A stretch of DNA of 63,668 nucleotides, filler included, from Phoronis australis (taxonomy: Eukaryota; Animalia; Phoronida): the NCBI GenBank assembly GCA_002633005.1. It is 4 parts of 4 records of this genome, joined end to end, with 100 filler letters (N's around TTAATTAATTAA, not from the genome) between each part and the next. Parts side by side here need not be neighbours in the genome. Positions count along the whole stretch, not along the records: positions 1 to 12,890 come from NMRA01001367.1; 3 more parts are not named here. One strand, 5' to 3'. The translations under genes were made by a program, and so were the position numbers. Positions 1 through 11,169 of this stretch are shown piece after piece; the stretch's first letter is position 1, and the number at the start of each line of letters is the position of its first letter. The notes under the pieces were generated by a model that worked only from the letters and a program-made list of their open reading frames with translations, did no database searches and had not been told where the DNA came from.

Positions 1-89
1 TTATTGTAAACATAACTTTGCTTTGCAGACTGTCACATAGCGCCACCTATTTTAGAATGTGGGAACAGACATGACTCGTCCGTCATGCT

Positions 90-280
90 GGGCCATCTAT
101 TGTTCTTTATTGTAGTTGATTGTCTGCTCTCTATTTGATTTCTTCGCTAGTCACATGAATGTTATCGTGTTATCGTCTTATTCATAATTGCCGCCGTGAT
201 CGTCTTGATTGTCGTCGTCTCCCTCATCGTCGTCTTTTCGATTAGTTCCGCCAAGTGTCGCTCCTCCGAGCGCTCTCGTT
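90..280. repeat. Dispersed repeat; inverted copy at 6737-6868, partial copies at 355-392 and about 10020-10125
   Basis: ttccgccaagtgtcgctcctccgagcgctctcgtt and gatttcttcgctagtcacatg match the reverse complement of 6737-6868. Confidence 0.85.
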
Positions 281-1037
281 ACTTCTTTTGTTCATCCTCG
301 CCACCATCGTCGTCATATTCGTCATCTTCGTCATCATCTTTATCGTCATCTTTTTAGTTAATTTCGCCAAGTTTCGCTCCTCAGAGCGCTTTCATTTATA
401 TAGTGTAAGAACGGCTCTTACTCGATTATTCCATTTTGAAGAGGGTTCCAATAAACTGAATCAGACAACATAAAATAACAATAAACGCACACAAAGTATT
501 TAGGTATTTTAAGAAGGACGAAATAATTTAACGTTAAGTACGTTAGTGCTAAATCTAGCTACCAGACGATAAAGAAATCAAAACAATATTAAAAGAAAAA
601 AATAATTTTACCCAAAATTAAACTCAACCGAATACAAGATAGAAAGATAAGTTAAACATACATGTACTTGCCAAATTTGGTCATATCTCCGTTCTTTCAA
701 ATTATATCCACCAATCGTCAAGTTTAATTTTGGTGCCCCAACATCTGTATATGACAAATAGACGTTTGTATTTGCAGTACTTGAAAATTGAACCAGAACT
801 TAGAAGTCTGGTGATACCACTTTTTTTTTGTAAACCACTCGAAAAGAATAAAACCTGACTATTACTGGGAGGAACAAACACAGGGGATACGGAAAGGCAA
901 ATGAATTCAATGTTAAAAATACATAGACAAACTTTACACTTAAAAACGTATTACATTTTAACCAATCGTTATAAAAACAGGTTAGGAAAATTTGAATTAA
1001 CACTTTTTTGGCAGATCGACCATTAAAAAAAACAGTG

Positions 1038-1113
1038 CAGGTGGCCTGATGTCATTTACGGTGCATCAGACGTGCGCAGGCCTCATGGTTGGGCCCATTG
1101 CACAAAACACCTG
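1038..1113 (-). ncRNA. Candidate structured RNA (tRNA-like three-way junction), copy 1
   Basis: Stems CAGGTG/CACCTG, GTGC/GCAC with inner TGGGCC/GGCCTG, and TCTGATG/CATCAGG. 3' T-run; flanked by a 13-bp direct repeat. Confidence 0.5.
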
Positions 1114-2957
1114 AGCGATCGACCATTAACTTTGGTTCAAGTCTTGGGGTAGAACCTTGAGTTCTGTACTAAAACGTTTAGCGGGATACTTATTGCCAAA
1201 AAGGAAACTAAAATTGCAAGAAAACAAATAAAACACATGAACGTTCATTAAGGACCTAGCCATTGGAAAGCAAACACTACAATCTTGTATCTCAGAAACA
1301 GTAGCCAAATATTGTAATCACTAATGCGTGAAAACACCAATACCCTACATACTATAATCACCCTATGGAGAATAGGTAATTATTTCCAAACTTGGTGACA
1401 GTATAGTTTTTACTAACCTCCTAGACGCAATATAAACAAATCACATTAAAATTGCCCAAAAACTGAAGTAACATAATTAAAAACTGGAATGATGCACACC
1501 TTGTAAATTACTAAATCTTATGAGTTGAGATCATGTGTCGACCCCGCGGGGTAAAGATAGTCAACTAGCTTTCAAACAGAAAATGGCGAGCAATAAATCA
1601 TGTGCATAGACAGCCAAATGGAACCTAAGATTAGTCCTCGTAATAACGGTTTCCAATAGTGTTTGTAGAGACATAAGAAATTTCAAATACGTTTGTCATG
1701 TTACAGAGGCAGTCTGTGACAAAGAAAAAGTCGGGAGAACCCAAATCGCCCTGCTCAGACATATACACAGCTGTATGTCTGTACATTGCGGTACTCCCAC
1801 TGAAATAAACCCTCCATCAGTATCTGACTGTTCTATTACAAAAAGATAAATAGCCAACAATATTAGCTCATACAATATCATTATGCCCTATCAAGCTTTT
1901 AAAATTATATAGTGCAACAATCGAACCGTTATACAACTATGTTCTAAACAACAATCTTGTTATTCTGTACAACAATTAAATATACATTAAAATTTAAGTG
2001 TCCTCTTTTTGTATAATTATCCATAACTTAAAGTAATAGATTTGACAACCAATTCCAAGCAATTGACAAATAAGCATTTATCTAAGGATAATAACAAAAC
2101 TACATAGGTATCACTGGATAAATTAACCTGCCATTTCACCCTCTAATTTTCAAATTATGACTTAACTAGAAACACGTGCTCTAACCTTGTTGCATAACAT
2201 TATCAACTACTGATAGAGCCCGGGAAATATAATTACGATGACACAGTCCCTTATCATATTGGCTGTGGCAATGTGTTTCTGCACAATGTGAAACATTGCT
2301 GATTACATATCGTGAACACAAGTCAAAACTTAATTACTTCTGATAGCATTTAATGCTCAAAATAATCTCAAAAGCTTGCTCAAAGAGCGGTTTATATCGT
2401 GATGATTCAGATACAAAGACACTTTAAATGAAACAAAATTGTTCTCCCAATGCTCGCAAGAACTAAAATCCACTTTACATATCTACCAGTAACATAAGGA
2501 CTCCATAACTGATTTACGAGGTCCTGCCATTGAAATATATTTTGGGGTGTTTAGGTCAACGTTAACTTCGGTCCTGAATCGAAATTTAACAACGACAGTC
2601 AACTTCGCACTATACATATGGAACGTCGACGCTGCGGTGTAGTATGAACTTAGATGATAAGTTGACATTGGAGATAATGCAACAGCAATTAAAATGATAC
2701 TACACAGAACTTAGTGGCATTCCTACAACAATAACAACGTCATCATTATTCCGATTACAAACTATCACGTTAAAGAAACTCGTTAATGTTAGGGCGTCTA
2801 ACCAAAAACGAGCCATGCGGAACATTACATTACGCAATAATATACTTATCTCCAAATTAAGTCATGTATTTTCCATCATGGTATAAAACGGATAAGAAGA
2901 AAAAGAATGAGTTAGATGTTAAAATGTCAAAATTAATATTAATATAAAAAATAATTG

Positions 2958-3028
2958 CAGGCGGTCTGATACACGTTGTACCAGACGTGCGCAGGCCTCG
3001 CATGTGAGCCCATTGCACTGATCACCTG
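2958..3028 (-). ncRNA. Candidate structured RNA (tRNA-like three-way junction), copy 2
   Basis: Same architecture as copy 1 with different loops: CAGGTG/CGCCTG, GTGC/GCAC, TGGGC/GCCTG, TCTGGTAC/GTATCAGA. Two stem substitutions are G-U pairs only on the minus strand. Confidence 0.5.
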
Positions 3029-3060
3029 GAAATATTTTTATACTTTATTAATATATGGTT

Positions 3061-3184
3061 AAAACCGAGCTGAGGAGCTAGAAACCTGGCTCAAGGGTTT
3101 AGCAGTGTGACCTGGTGGGACTTGAACCCACGACCTCGAGTTAAGAAAGCGGGCACTTATCAACCAGGCCACACTGCCTCCTCT
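3061..3184 (-). mobile_element. tRNA-derived pol III unit or SINE head (CORE-like 3' part); not a canonical tRNA
   Basis: A-box-like TGGCCTGGTTG and B-box GGTTCAAGTCC in an intact T arm (GTGGG/CCCAC). No acceptor or anticodon stem pairing. Followed by CCTTGAGCCAGGTT (cf. CORE CCTTGGGCAAGT) and TTTT. Confidence 0.65.
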
Positions 3185-3744
3185 CAAAATTAATAACCCC
3201 CATATCAACCTATGAAGCCCCTAACAAACTAATACACGACAGATGATTATGGAACTCAAAGGAATTGTATCACATAGAAAAAAAAAATTAGAAACTGAAC
3301 CAATCACCTTCTTAACATATATTAACAACCAAAGTTAATCACAAGGCCAAGCCAAACTTAAATGTACATTGCAAAAAATTCAAAATAAAACAAAACCTCT
3401 TTTGGAAATCACATGCACTGGATTTTTAAATATAATAAGACATCATTATGGAATGCATATTAAATTACACCACGAACTCCGCCCTAAATAGTATAATGTG
3501 TCTTCCTGTGTATTTTTTGAAATTGTAATATCACTTAATAAAATTGAGAATTGTTGCTTATGTTATACATGCTCATAAATGGACTGACTACATATTTAGA
3601 TTCCCAACACTTGAGTGGGACGGGGCCATTGGATTGGAAACATCCACCGAAGGAATAAACTGCATTGCTATTATTGATATTTTACTGGAAGGCTCCTAGC
3701 AAAGGGAATTGGAATATGTTTGTGACAGGTTTTCATGGTTTATT

Positions 3745-3872
3745 TAGCTTAGGTACGTCCTGTACATATACAGTTCAAGTTATTAATTGTTACCTCTTGA
3801 CATATATTTAGCTTAGGTATTTCCTGTATATGTTCAGTTTAAGGTTATTAATTGCTACCTCTTGACATATAT
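3745..3872. repeat. Tandem duplication of about 63 bp
   Basis: atttagcttaggta...ttattaattg.tacctcttgacatat occurs twice. Confidence 0.85.
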
Positions 3873-6210
3873 TAACAAATCATCCCAGCCTTAGCTAATC
3901 TACCCATTGGTTAGTATTATATTTGGCGCACATTCTGATAAGTTGTATAGGTACACTTGCATGCTGTATGTTAGATTTTTATACTATCACATCAGAAACT
4001 TTAAATACATCATACTGCACACAAGTATTTTTTGTCTACGAACCACCACGGGTTTTATCTTTGTATAATATAAACCCACAAAGGGAGCGCATAGTGATTG
4101 AAACAATTGACACTATTACCCTTGGAATCATGCACAAGACACTGAGAGGAAAATTCCATCAAGCAAAGACAAAGGACTATGGCATTAATAATATCTATTT
4201 TCCATATTGTAACGAAGTTGTGCAAGTCCATTGAAAAACAGGTAGAAACGGTATTTACCAGAGGGAAGGCCCGACAATGCAAAACTGCACCTGAGTTATA
4301 ATATAATCAGGCACTAAAAAAACTAAACGCAATATCTCTCAATAAAACAACATGAATATTACCCTTAATGGAATAATAGTCCTAATAAAGATTATCACCC
4401 AAGTGTTCACACCTGAACGCGCAAGCGCGCAATGGGCGTAGTAAATCAAGTATAACGCCTGTAAATTCTAACCTGATGAAGTTCGCCGGGTGCGTCATAA
4501 CATTTCTCAAGTACCACCCTGAAACAAGTTTTTACATGGGTGCTCGAAAATCCTTAAATTGTTTTCAAATCTTCCTACTATCAGTTTGATTTAAATCAGT
4601 ATATTAACATGATGTTTTGCCGACGGAAGAGTACACAATAAAAATAACTTTCAAAACATGTGATAAACTTTTGGACCTGACTGAAAAGACAACTGTACAT
4701 GGAATATTTGACAAGGTAAACTACAGCACGAGCAGAATGACACGGGCTTGCATCTGCGAGAAACATTTATATGCTACAAACTGGGAATTACACTATGGGC
4801 TAGTCAATACAAGAGTCGCCACATAAAATCAGACAATGATCCATTAAGAAAAACAAACGGATTACATGGAAAAGATATCCGAACCTGTTCATTGCCTTCA
4901 CCCCATTTTTCACGTGATGTTGTAAAAAGTGTGACAGACCTTTATCATGTTTATTTTCATTTTTAAACCACAGAAAATGTCACTACATGTATGAATGGAC
5001 ACATTCTTTGATGCACAACTCAGGAACTAGTCCGCATCGTCATATCTTTCGACAGCCAATTCTGCTTGTTTATCTTGTCATCAAATCTCTCACACTTCTT
5101 TCAATGATTCTTATTTTACATGGAACAATTGTTTTGATTATGTACCTAGTTTGTGATGCTCTTAAGAAGTTGAACTTACCACCATTCTTTGAAATTAGAT
5201 TAATTGTTACTTAAGAAATCTAGATATAAATATCTCTGTAGACTGTACATCATGGCAAAGACAGCAGGTACGTTATAACATACACAAATGTCAAACAAAC
5301 GCAAGTCCGGAAAAATTATGTTTTACCTCAAAGCAAGCACAAACATAACTGATGAAAATGAAAATGAAAAGTATAGCCTGTAGCGCAATCAACGAATACA
5401 ACTACACAAGCCTTGGGGCAAGAATTTGTTGGATTGTTTACAGCCTTACTCGGAATACAAGGACCAAAATAAAAGATTAATGGTGTCAATAAATCATATT
5501 TGCTGCAGTACTCATAAACCAACAATAACCCCCTTTTACCTTGACTGGGGCCCACTGGTCCCATCTTTCAAAATCCTAGAATGAACACTCTAACAAACTT
5601 ACATATGATGAACACACAATTTCAAAATCTGATTTCATCATGAAAATGTACATATACATTATATTATAGGGTTAAAAACTTTTAATATCACTCATGCATC
5701 GACAGTAATAAAATAAAATATCAACGATTTCCAAAGTTAATGTCTTACTCATAAACCGTTTCGAAACAACAAGAAAACCAAACTATACTTAAGATAAATA
5801 GATTACTAAAGAATTTGTTGGTTTCTAACTTACGTGATTAAATGTCTACGAAAACAAACTTATTAATAAATGAGTTATTAACAATTAGAAATTAATCTAG
5901 TAGGAATTAAAGATACTACACACATAAATATGGGGACTAATACAGACACTACAATCTATTTTGTAAACAACATTACTTTTGTTTCTGCACCATCAATTAG
6001 TTTGACTCGAGCTTTGTAACGTTGAAAATTGTAATACTAAACAACGGTGACGCAATAAAGGAATGTATGTATGAGAAGTCATAGTTGGCTCTTATGAGGT
6101 AACACAGCGTACAAACACGACAAATAGCTACTGATGGCAGCAATAATTAAAATACACGGACTACGTTGAACATGTGTGAAAAACTGTGCGAGTCACTCTA
6201 CGAATTCGCT

Positions 6211-6625
6211 TATAGACCTAATACAGACCGACAAGAGGCGCATTCCAAAACGAGGCTCTCTACGATAGCTCTTGGCTTATGGTCAAAGATTTTATATAAA
6301 ATATTCAGCGTTGCTCGAACGTTTAGAAAAAATACGGACACACACTGTTTGTTTTACAATCTCAAAGGACAATGAGCTTCCAAAGCGTAGGGTCGTTGCC
6401 ATAGCCCGCGACGAAGGAAAATGTGTTCGTGTAAAATTTTTAAATGTTTTCGAAAAGTTAAACCATATTTTGACGCATCTCGGTTGCCGAGCATCATAAC
6501 AACGGGCGAAGTATCTTGGGCCAGCAAGGCTGTTTTCGTAACTAGAGGTTGAAAATGATGCATTCTTCTTTACACAAATGACAAGACCCTCAATTCTGAA
6601 TTCGAATTTCGGCCCTATTACCCCC
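6211..6625. repeat. Interspersed repeat; diverged inverted copy at about 43958-44677
   Basis: Shared blocks gcgcattccaaaacgaggctc, gaaaaaatacggacac and aaatgttttcgaaaagtta match the reverse complement of 44370-44677. Confidence 0.8.
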
Positions 6626-6899
6626 ACAAAAATACAAATATCCCCGAAATCCCCCGCCCCCCCAGGGCCTAAAAATAGCCTTTTAGTAATTGTAAAGTTC
6701 TCCCCGAAGTTCAAATCTCCTGTAACAACACAGGTGAACGAGAGCGCTCGGAGGAGCGACACTTGGCGGAATTAATCGAAAAGACGACGAACACGATATC
6801 ATCCATGTGACTAGCGAAGAAATCAAATTGAGAGCATACAATCAACTACAATAAAGAATGAAAGCCCGTTCAAAACTCTATCTAAAGTGGTAGTTTGGC

Positions 6900-7240
6900 T
6901 ACTTGAGACAGAGCCTAGTATGCAGCAAAGCGGGGATGTTATTGATGACCGAGAGCTGGATTTTACCCCACACTCGACGAAAAAATGACCCTTCCAACCA
7001 GAAAGCGCAGGCACCACACCCGAACTATGGAAGCCGTGCGAACACATGATAACTATGCTTACACAAATTGCAACTTGAGACAGAGCCTAACATGCAACAG
7101 AGCGGGAATATTATTGATGATAATCGGGAAGCCTAGGATAACCCCCACAATCGGCAAAAAATACACCACTGAGAAGCCACAGGCATCTATTCCCTCGGAT
7201 GAACGAGGACACTGAAAAAACATGATAACTACGCTTGCTC
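6900..7240 (+). repeat. Diverged tandem duplication of about 172 bp
   Basis: acttgagacagagccta...catgataacta begins at 6901 and again at 7073. Confidence 0.8.
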
Positions 7241-7574
7241 TGTCTAAATAACTGAAATTGAGGTCTAAAACGAAATTATGCTTTAGACAAACGAATAAAG
7301 TGTTACATTCATAAAATACAACTTAGTCAAAAGTGATATTTGAATTACCCGTAACACATGAAATAGAGGTAAGAATTATTAAAACCAAGAAAGCAGAGTT
7401 GGTCAAATAATTACTTATGAATGTGTGAAAGGGAGTGAATAGGAAACTGGAAATAATGCGAAAGCGATTTCAGGGGCTGTGCTCGTTTTTTCCAAATATA
7501 AAAAAAATTAAACAACAATTATATACAATGACGAACCTGATTTTTAATTTTAATAAAACGTGTATTTCATAAAT

Positions 7575-7692
7575 ATAGATTATAACATGGCGAAGTCGTT
7601 ATCCCCAGTATTTTAGAGCCCGAGTGGATTTTGGAAATGTAACGCCCAAGGGGCTGAAGGGGGATAACGACTGAGAACATGTAATATTCTAT
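7575..7692. mobile_element. Small palindromic MITE-like element
   Basis: Imperfect terminal inverted arms: atagattataacatg..agtcgttatcccc and ggggataacgact..catgtaatattctat. Confidence 0.6.
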
Positions 7693-10600
7693 TTATACCA
7701 CATACTGAATGGTGCTGTGATAAAGACGACGACCCGAAACTCTTGCGGCCCTATTCGAAACCAGCCTCGGTTCCCGCCACAATGTTATTACACAAGTGCG
7801 ATAACTATATGGGTTATGACGGTTGTATTGACCATTTCGAGGCTAATATTGCAGTATAACACCAATTAGTCTAACAGAACAATTACAACGATTAGTCCCG
7901 GTAGTCCTTACACCAGACCAAAGCTATGTTTGTGTTATTATTCATGATTATCAAATTAAACAAGGTGTGACTAAATGCACGCGACAACAAAATGCGCCAT
8001 GAGCCACCACAATCGAACATGGCTTGTGTAGAGAACATTTTTATTAACAATTTAACCTTACAATCAGCATAATACCGAATCCGTAACATTACGATCACCG
8101 CAGTTTGGTCATATTTACTTTTCATGATACGAACTTAATTTTCCTATAAAAAATTGCACCCTTTGGTCAGACAACTATTTCGTGCTTGTCTTGTCCTAAT
8201 GTATTCTACTACGTCTCCGTGGTTAATAATCGACACATACTTAACATTTAATAACCAGGACGGATTCGAAAGACCGGCCATTAAACGCACGCGATGTCAA
8301 CTACCACTTTGTTTATGGCAGTGGACCATGATTTGGATTTTAATGTCCACCGCATGAATTAGGTCTAATAGTATTTAATAAAGCTGCAGTGGAACGAAGG
8401 ACAACATGTATAAAACAGCCGACGGTTAACTACCCCGACACAGCGCCACCTATTCTGAACGAAAGCGTTGTGAAGGAATGTAACCACTAAAAGTATTCTA
8501 TGTACTACAAAAATACATTTCAAGCTTTTTCCATAAAAAAATTGACCTTTGCAAAATTGTGAAACAAAACAAATAGCTGCATCACGTTTAACAGATATAA
8601 GCCTATACTGTGCATTTGGAATAATCCTCGTCACTAAATTATAATAAAGTTTATTCCCGTTGAAATACACTGGTTAACTATCTTCCAAATCGTTTGGACT
8701 ACCCTGGTCAGTATTCAACTTACAAGAACTGAACTACGTAAGTCAACATAATATAATTAAAATTAGTCGGTGTAGTAGCCGTAAATTAGACAACACCACT
8801 TCTGCACTAGTGCCGAGAACTGTTTGAAACCACGGCACCGTGATGTGCCAGCACACAAAATCACCGGGCTAAAAAGAATATAAGAACAGACTAGATATCC
8901 AAGGCTAATATAACAATGTTATTTGAAACAAATGTGCACAAATAGAATGACATCAAGCATAGAATTCTACCTCCAATTCAAATCTAATACGCTTCGTAAT
9001 AAAACTAGTCCTGATGATCCATTTCGCGAATATGCGTATAACCCACGGTACAACTACGGGTAATATGAAACAAAAAATAGCGCTGAATAACGTGTAAAAG
9101 TATTCGGGTAATAACGCAGCACCATATTCCTGCAGGAGACATGTCCCAGAACAACTTCGTTACTACAACAAATTAAAGGTTTGATCACCACTCTTTAAAT
9201 GTTGATCCTATTTATAGGTACACTGTCTCTGTAAATTCCTGCTGCAATACACGGTATCGCCCCCTATTGCTGGGTTGAGGGATAATGACCGGCACATTGT
9301 ACACAACATGACGACAAACACGCTATTTTAATAACCATAAAATAACTTGATATTTAGTATGTACGCGACAAATAATTAAATGATATCACTAATAGACTTT
9401 CGTGAAGCAATATCTATCGAACAAGAAGCAACTTTGGACCGATCCCCACAAAACATACACATAAGTTGGAGTACCAAAACAACTACAAGCCTATTGTTTA
9501 TCGTCATGGAAACAAATCATGGTGGCTACAACGTAAATTTTTCGAATTTTTTTGGAATTTCCTGATAACGCTATTGCTTTGTTGACTGCTTCGAAATTTA
9601 ACTTATGTTAGTTTAATATAACTAAGATTAGTAATTGCTGCTGTAAATGAGGTTGCTTCCAAGCAGCGGATCTGGCGCAATTTTATCCATTACCAGTCGT
9701 GCTGGGGTACTATTTTGGACGGGAAAAGCAAATGATATGAATTTCTGCATGTGTTTTACTGGGTACACTCTTACAAATAACCAGTAACAATCACTTACCG
9801 TTCTTTTACTTTAAATCTTAAAAATACAATATTTTAAATTTTTTGAAAATTTTACGAATCGTTAGATAAAGTTTTCAAAACAGATTTCAGAAAACGTTTT
9901 TCATATTCTGGAAAACGTCTACTTTAAGATAATTTCAGATATACTGATAAATGTCTCCCTCTGTTGACTCAGTTTGCTGAACTATTGTATACTATAGAAC
10001 AAAACTATAACATATTTCTTACTCATATCTGATATCTTAATTCACAACATGAATGTTATCATCAAATTCATCATCATATCAGGTCTTTACAGTTAATATC
10101 GGCAAGTGTCGGTCCTCCGAGTTGATAGATGGCGTGACGTCCTCAGACAACACTTCTTCGTGAAAAAGGTGCCTCAAACCAGGCAACATCACTTAAAATT
10201 GCAATCTGGTAATTCTATAGAAGGAGTACAGTCTTCGTGATTCATGTTTTGGTAATTACTCGGCCGACGAATTATTCTTGACACGATTTACTGTTTAAGT
10301 TTACAAATATCATCATAGCTCCTTATTAATTTTGTAGTGTTAGGTACACAGGTGGCATATTTCGTCAAATTACCACGAAATTATCTCACAACCTGTACTC
10401 CCAAAAAAATAGAAATCTATTGTTTTTGTCATGAGCGGATCTAAGATCGCGGACGCAGGACCCTTTGTTTTCGAATTCAGATTCAACTGCAAACAGAGGC
10501 ATAGGCGTCCTCAACTTCTGATCGCCCTAAAACACTATATAATATTTTATAGAAGATGAGGACGCCTGTGCATAGAGGCAGCCGTGAAGTTTTGACAAAG

Positions 10601-11169
10601 ACAATTGAAAATCATCACCTTCATTGGCCTCAAATCGCTCACTCTATGTTAAAAACGGCAAAGATATTAGCCGTTGTGCATTGGCCCCTCAATTTTAAGA
10701 CAAAAACGGTTCCCCAGAAGGCCCAGATGTTCAAAATGTACTTAAAAAATAGTTTGAACTCAAAAACACTTGAAGTTAAGTCACTACATGATGAAAAAAC
10801 CCTAAAGGAAAATTGCACTCAATGACCTCGTTTTGTGCAATGTTGCAATTTTGCAACAGTGGGAGCTGACAGAAGCAAATCTCCAATATTTATCAAGATA
10901 TTTATATATGAAAATCACTACAAAACGAGATGAAACACTTCTGACATAACAATTACTCTAATTACCAGCAAAAACTCTACCAACTTTCAATCTGCTCAAT
11001 TTCAGATAAGTTTATTATACTCGTAAAATCAGGTACTAGTAAAGTTTAGTAATTCGCATACAACCTGTAATAAAGTCAACACAGTGTGTACAGAGAACTC
11101 TTCCATAACCTCTATGTGCCACTGATTCTCACTGTTGCATCTAAACACCATACAATTTAGTTGTAAAAA

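Noticed and set aside
255-473. Hydrophobic 72-aa ORF resembling a membrane or signal peptide
   Set aside because: It is the antisense reading of a GAT/GAC (Asp) rich tract.
1038-1113. Hammerhead, twister-sister or HDV ribozyme identity for the three-way-junction motif
   Set aside because: CUGAUG is base-paired and there is no GAAA core. The twister-sister loop arrangement and the HDV nested pseudoknot could not be built.
3105-3180. Functional tRNA gene
   Set aside because: Only the T arm folds canonically; the acceptor and anticodon stems do not pair.
4473-4525. Hammerhead core CTGATGA...GAAAC (also CTGATGA at 9011)
   Set aside because: No convincing stems I-III or cleavage triplet could be assembled by eye.
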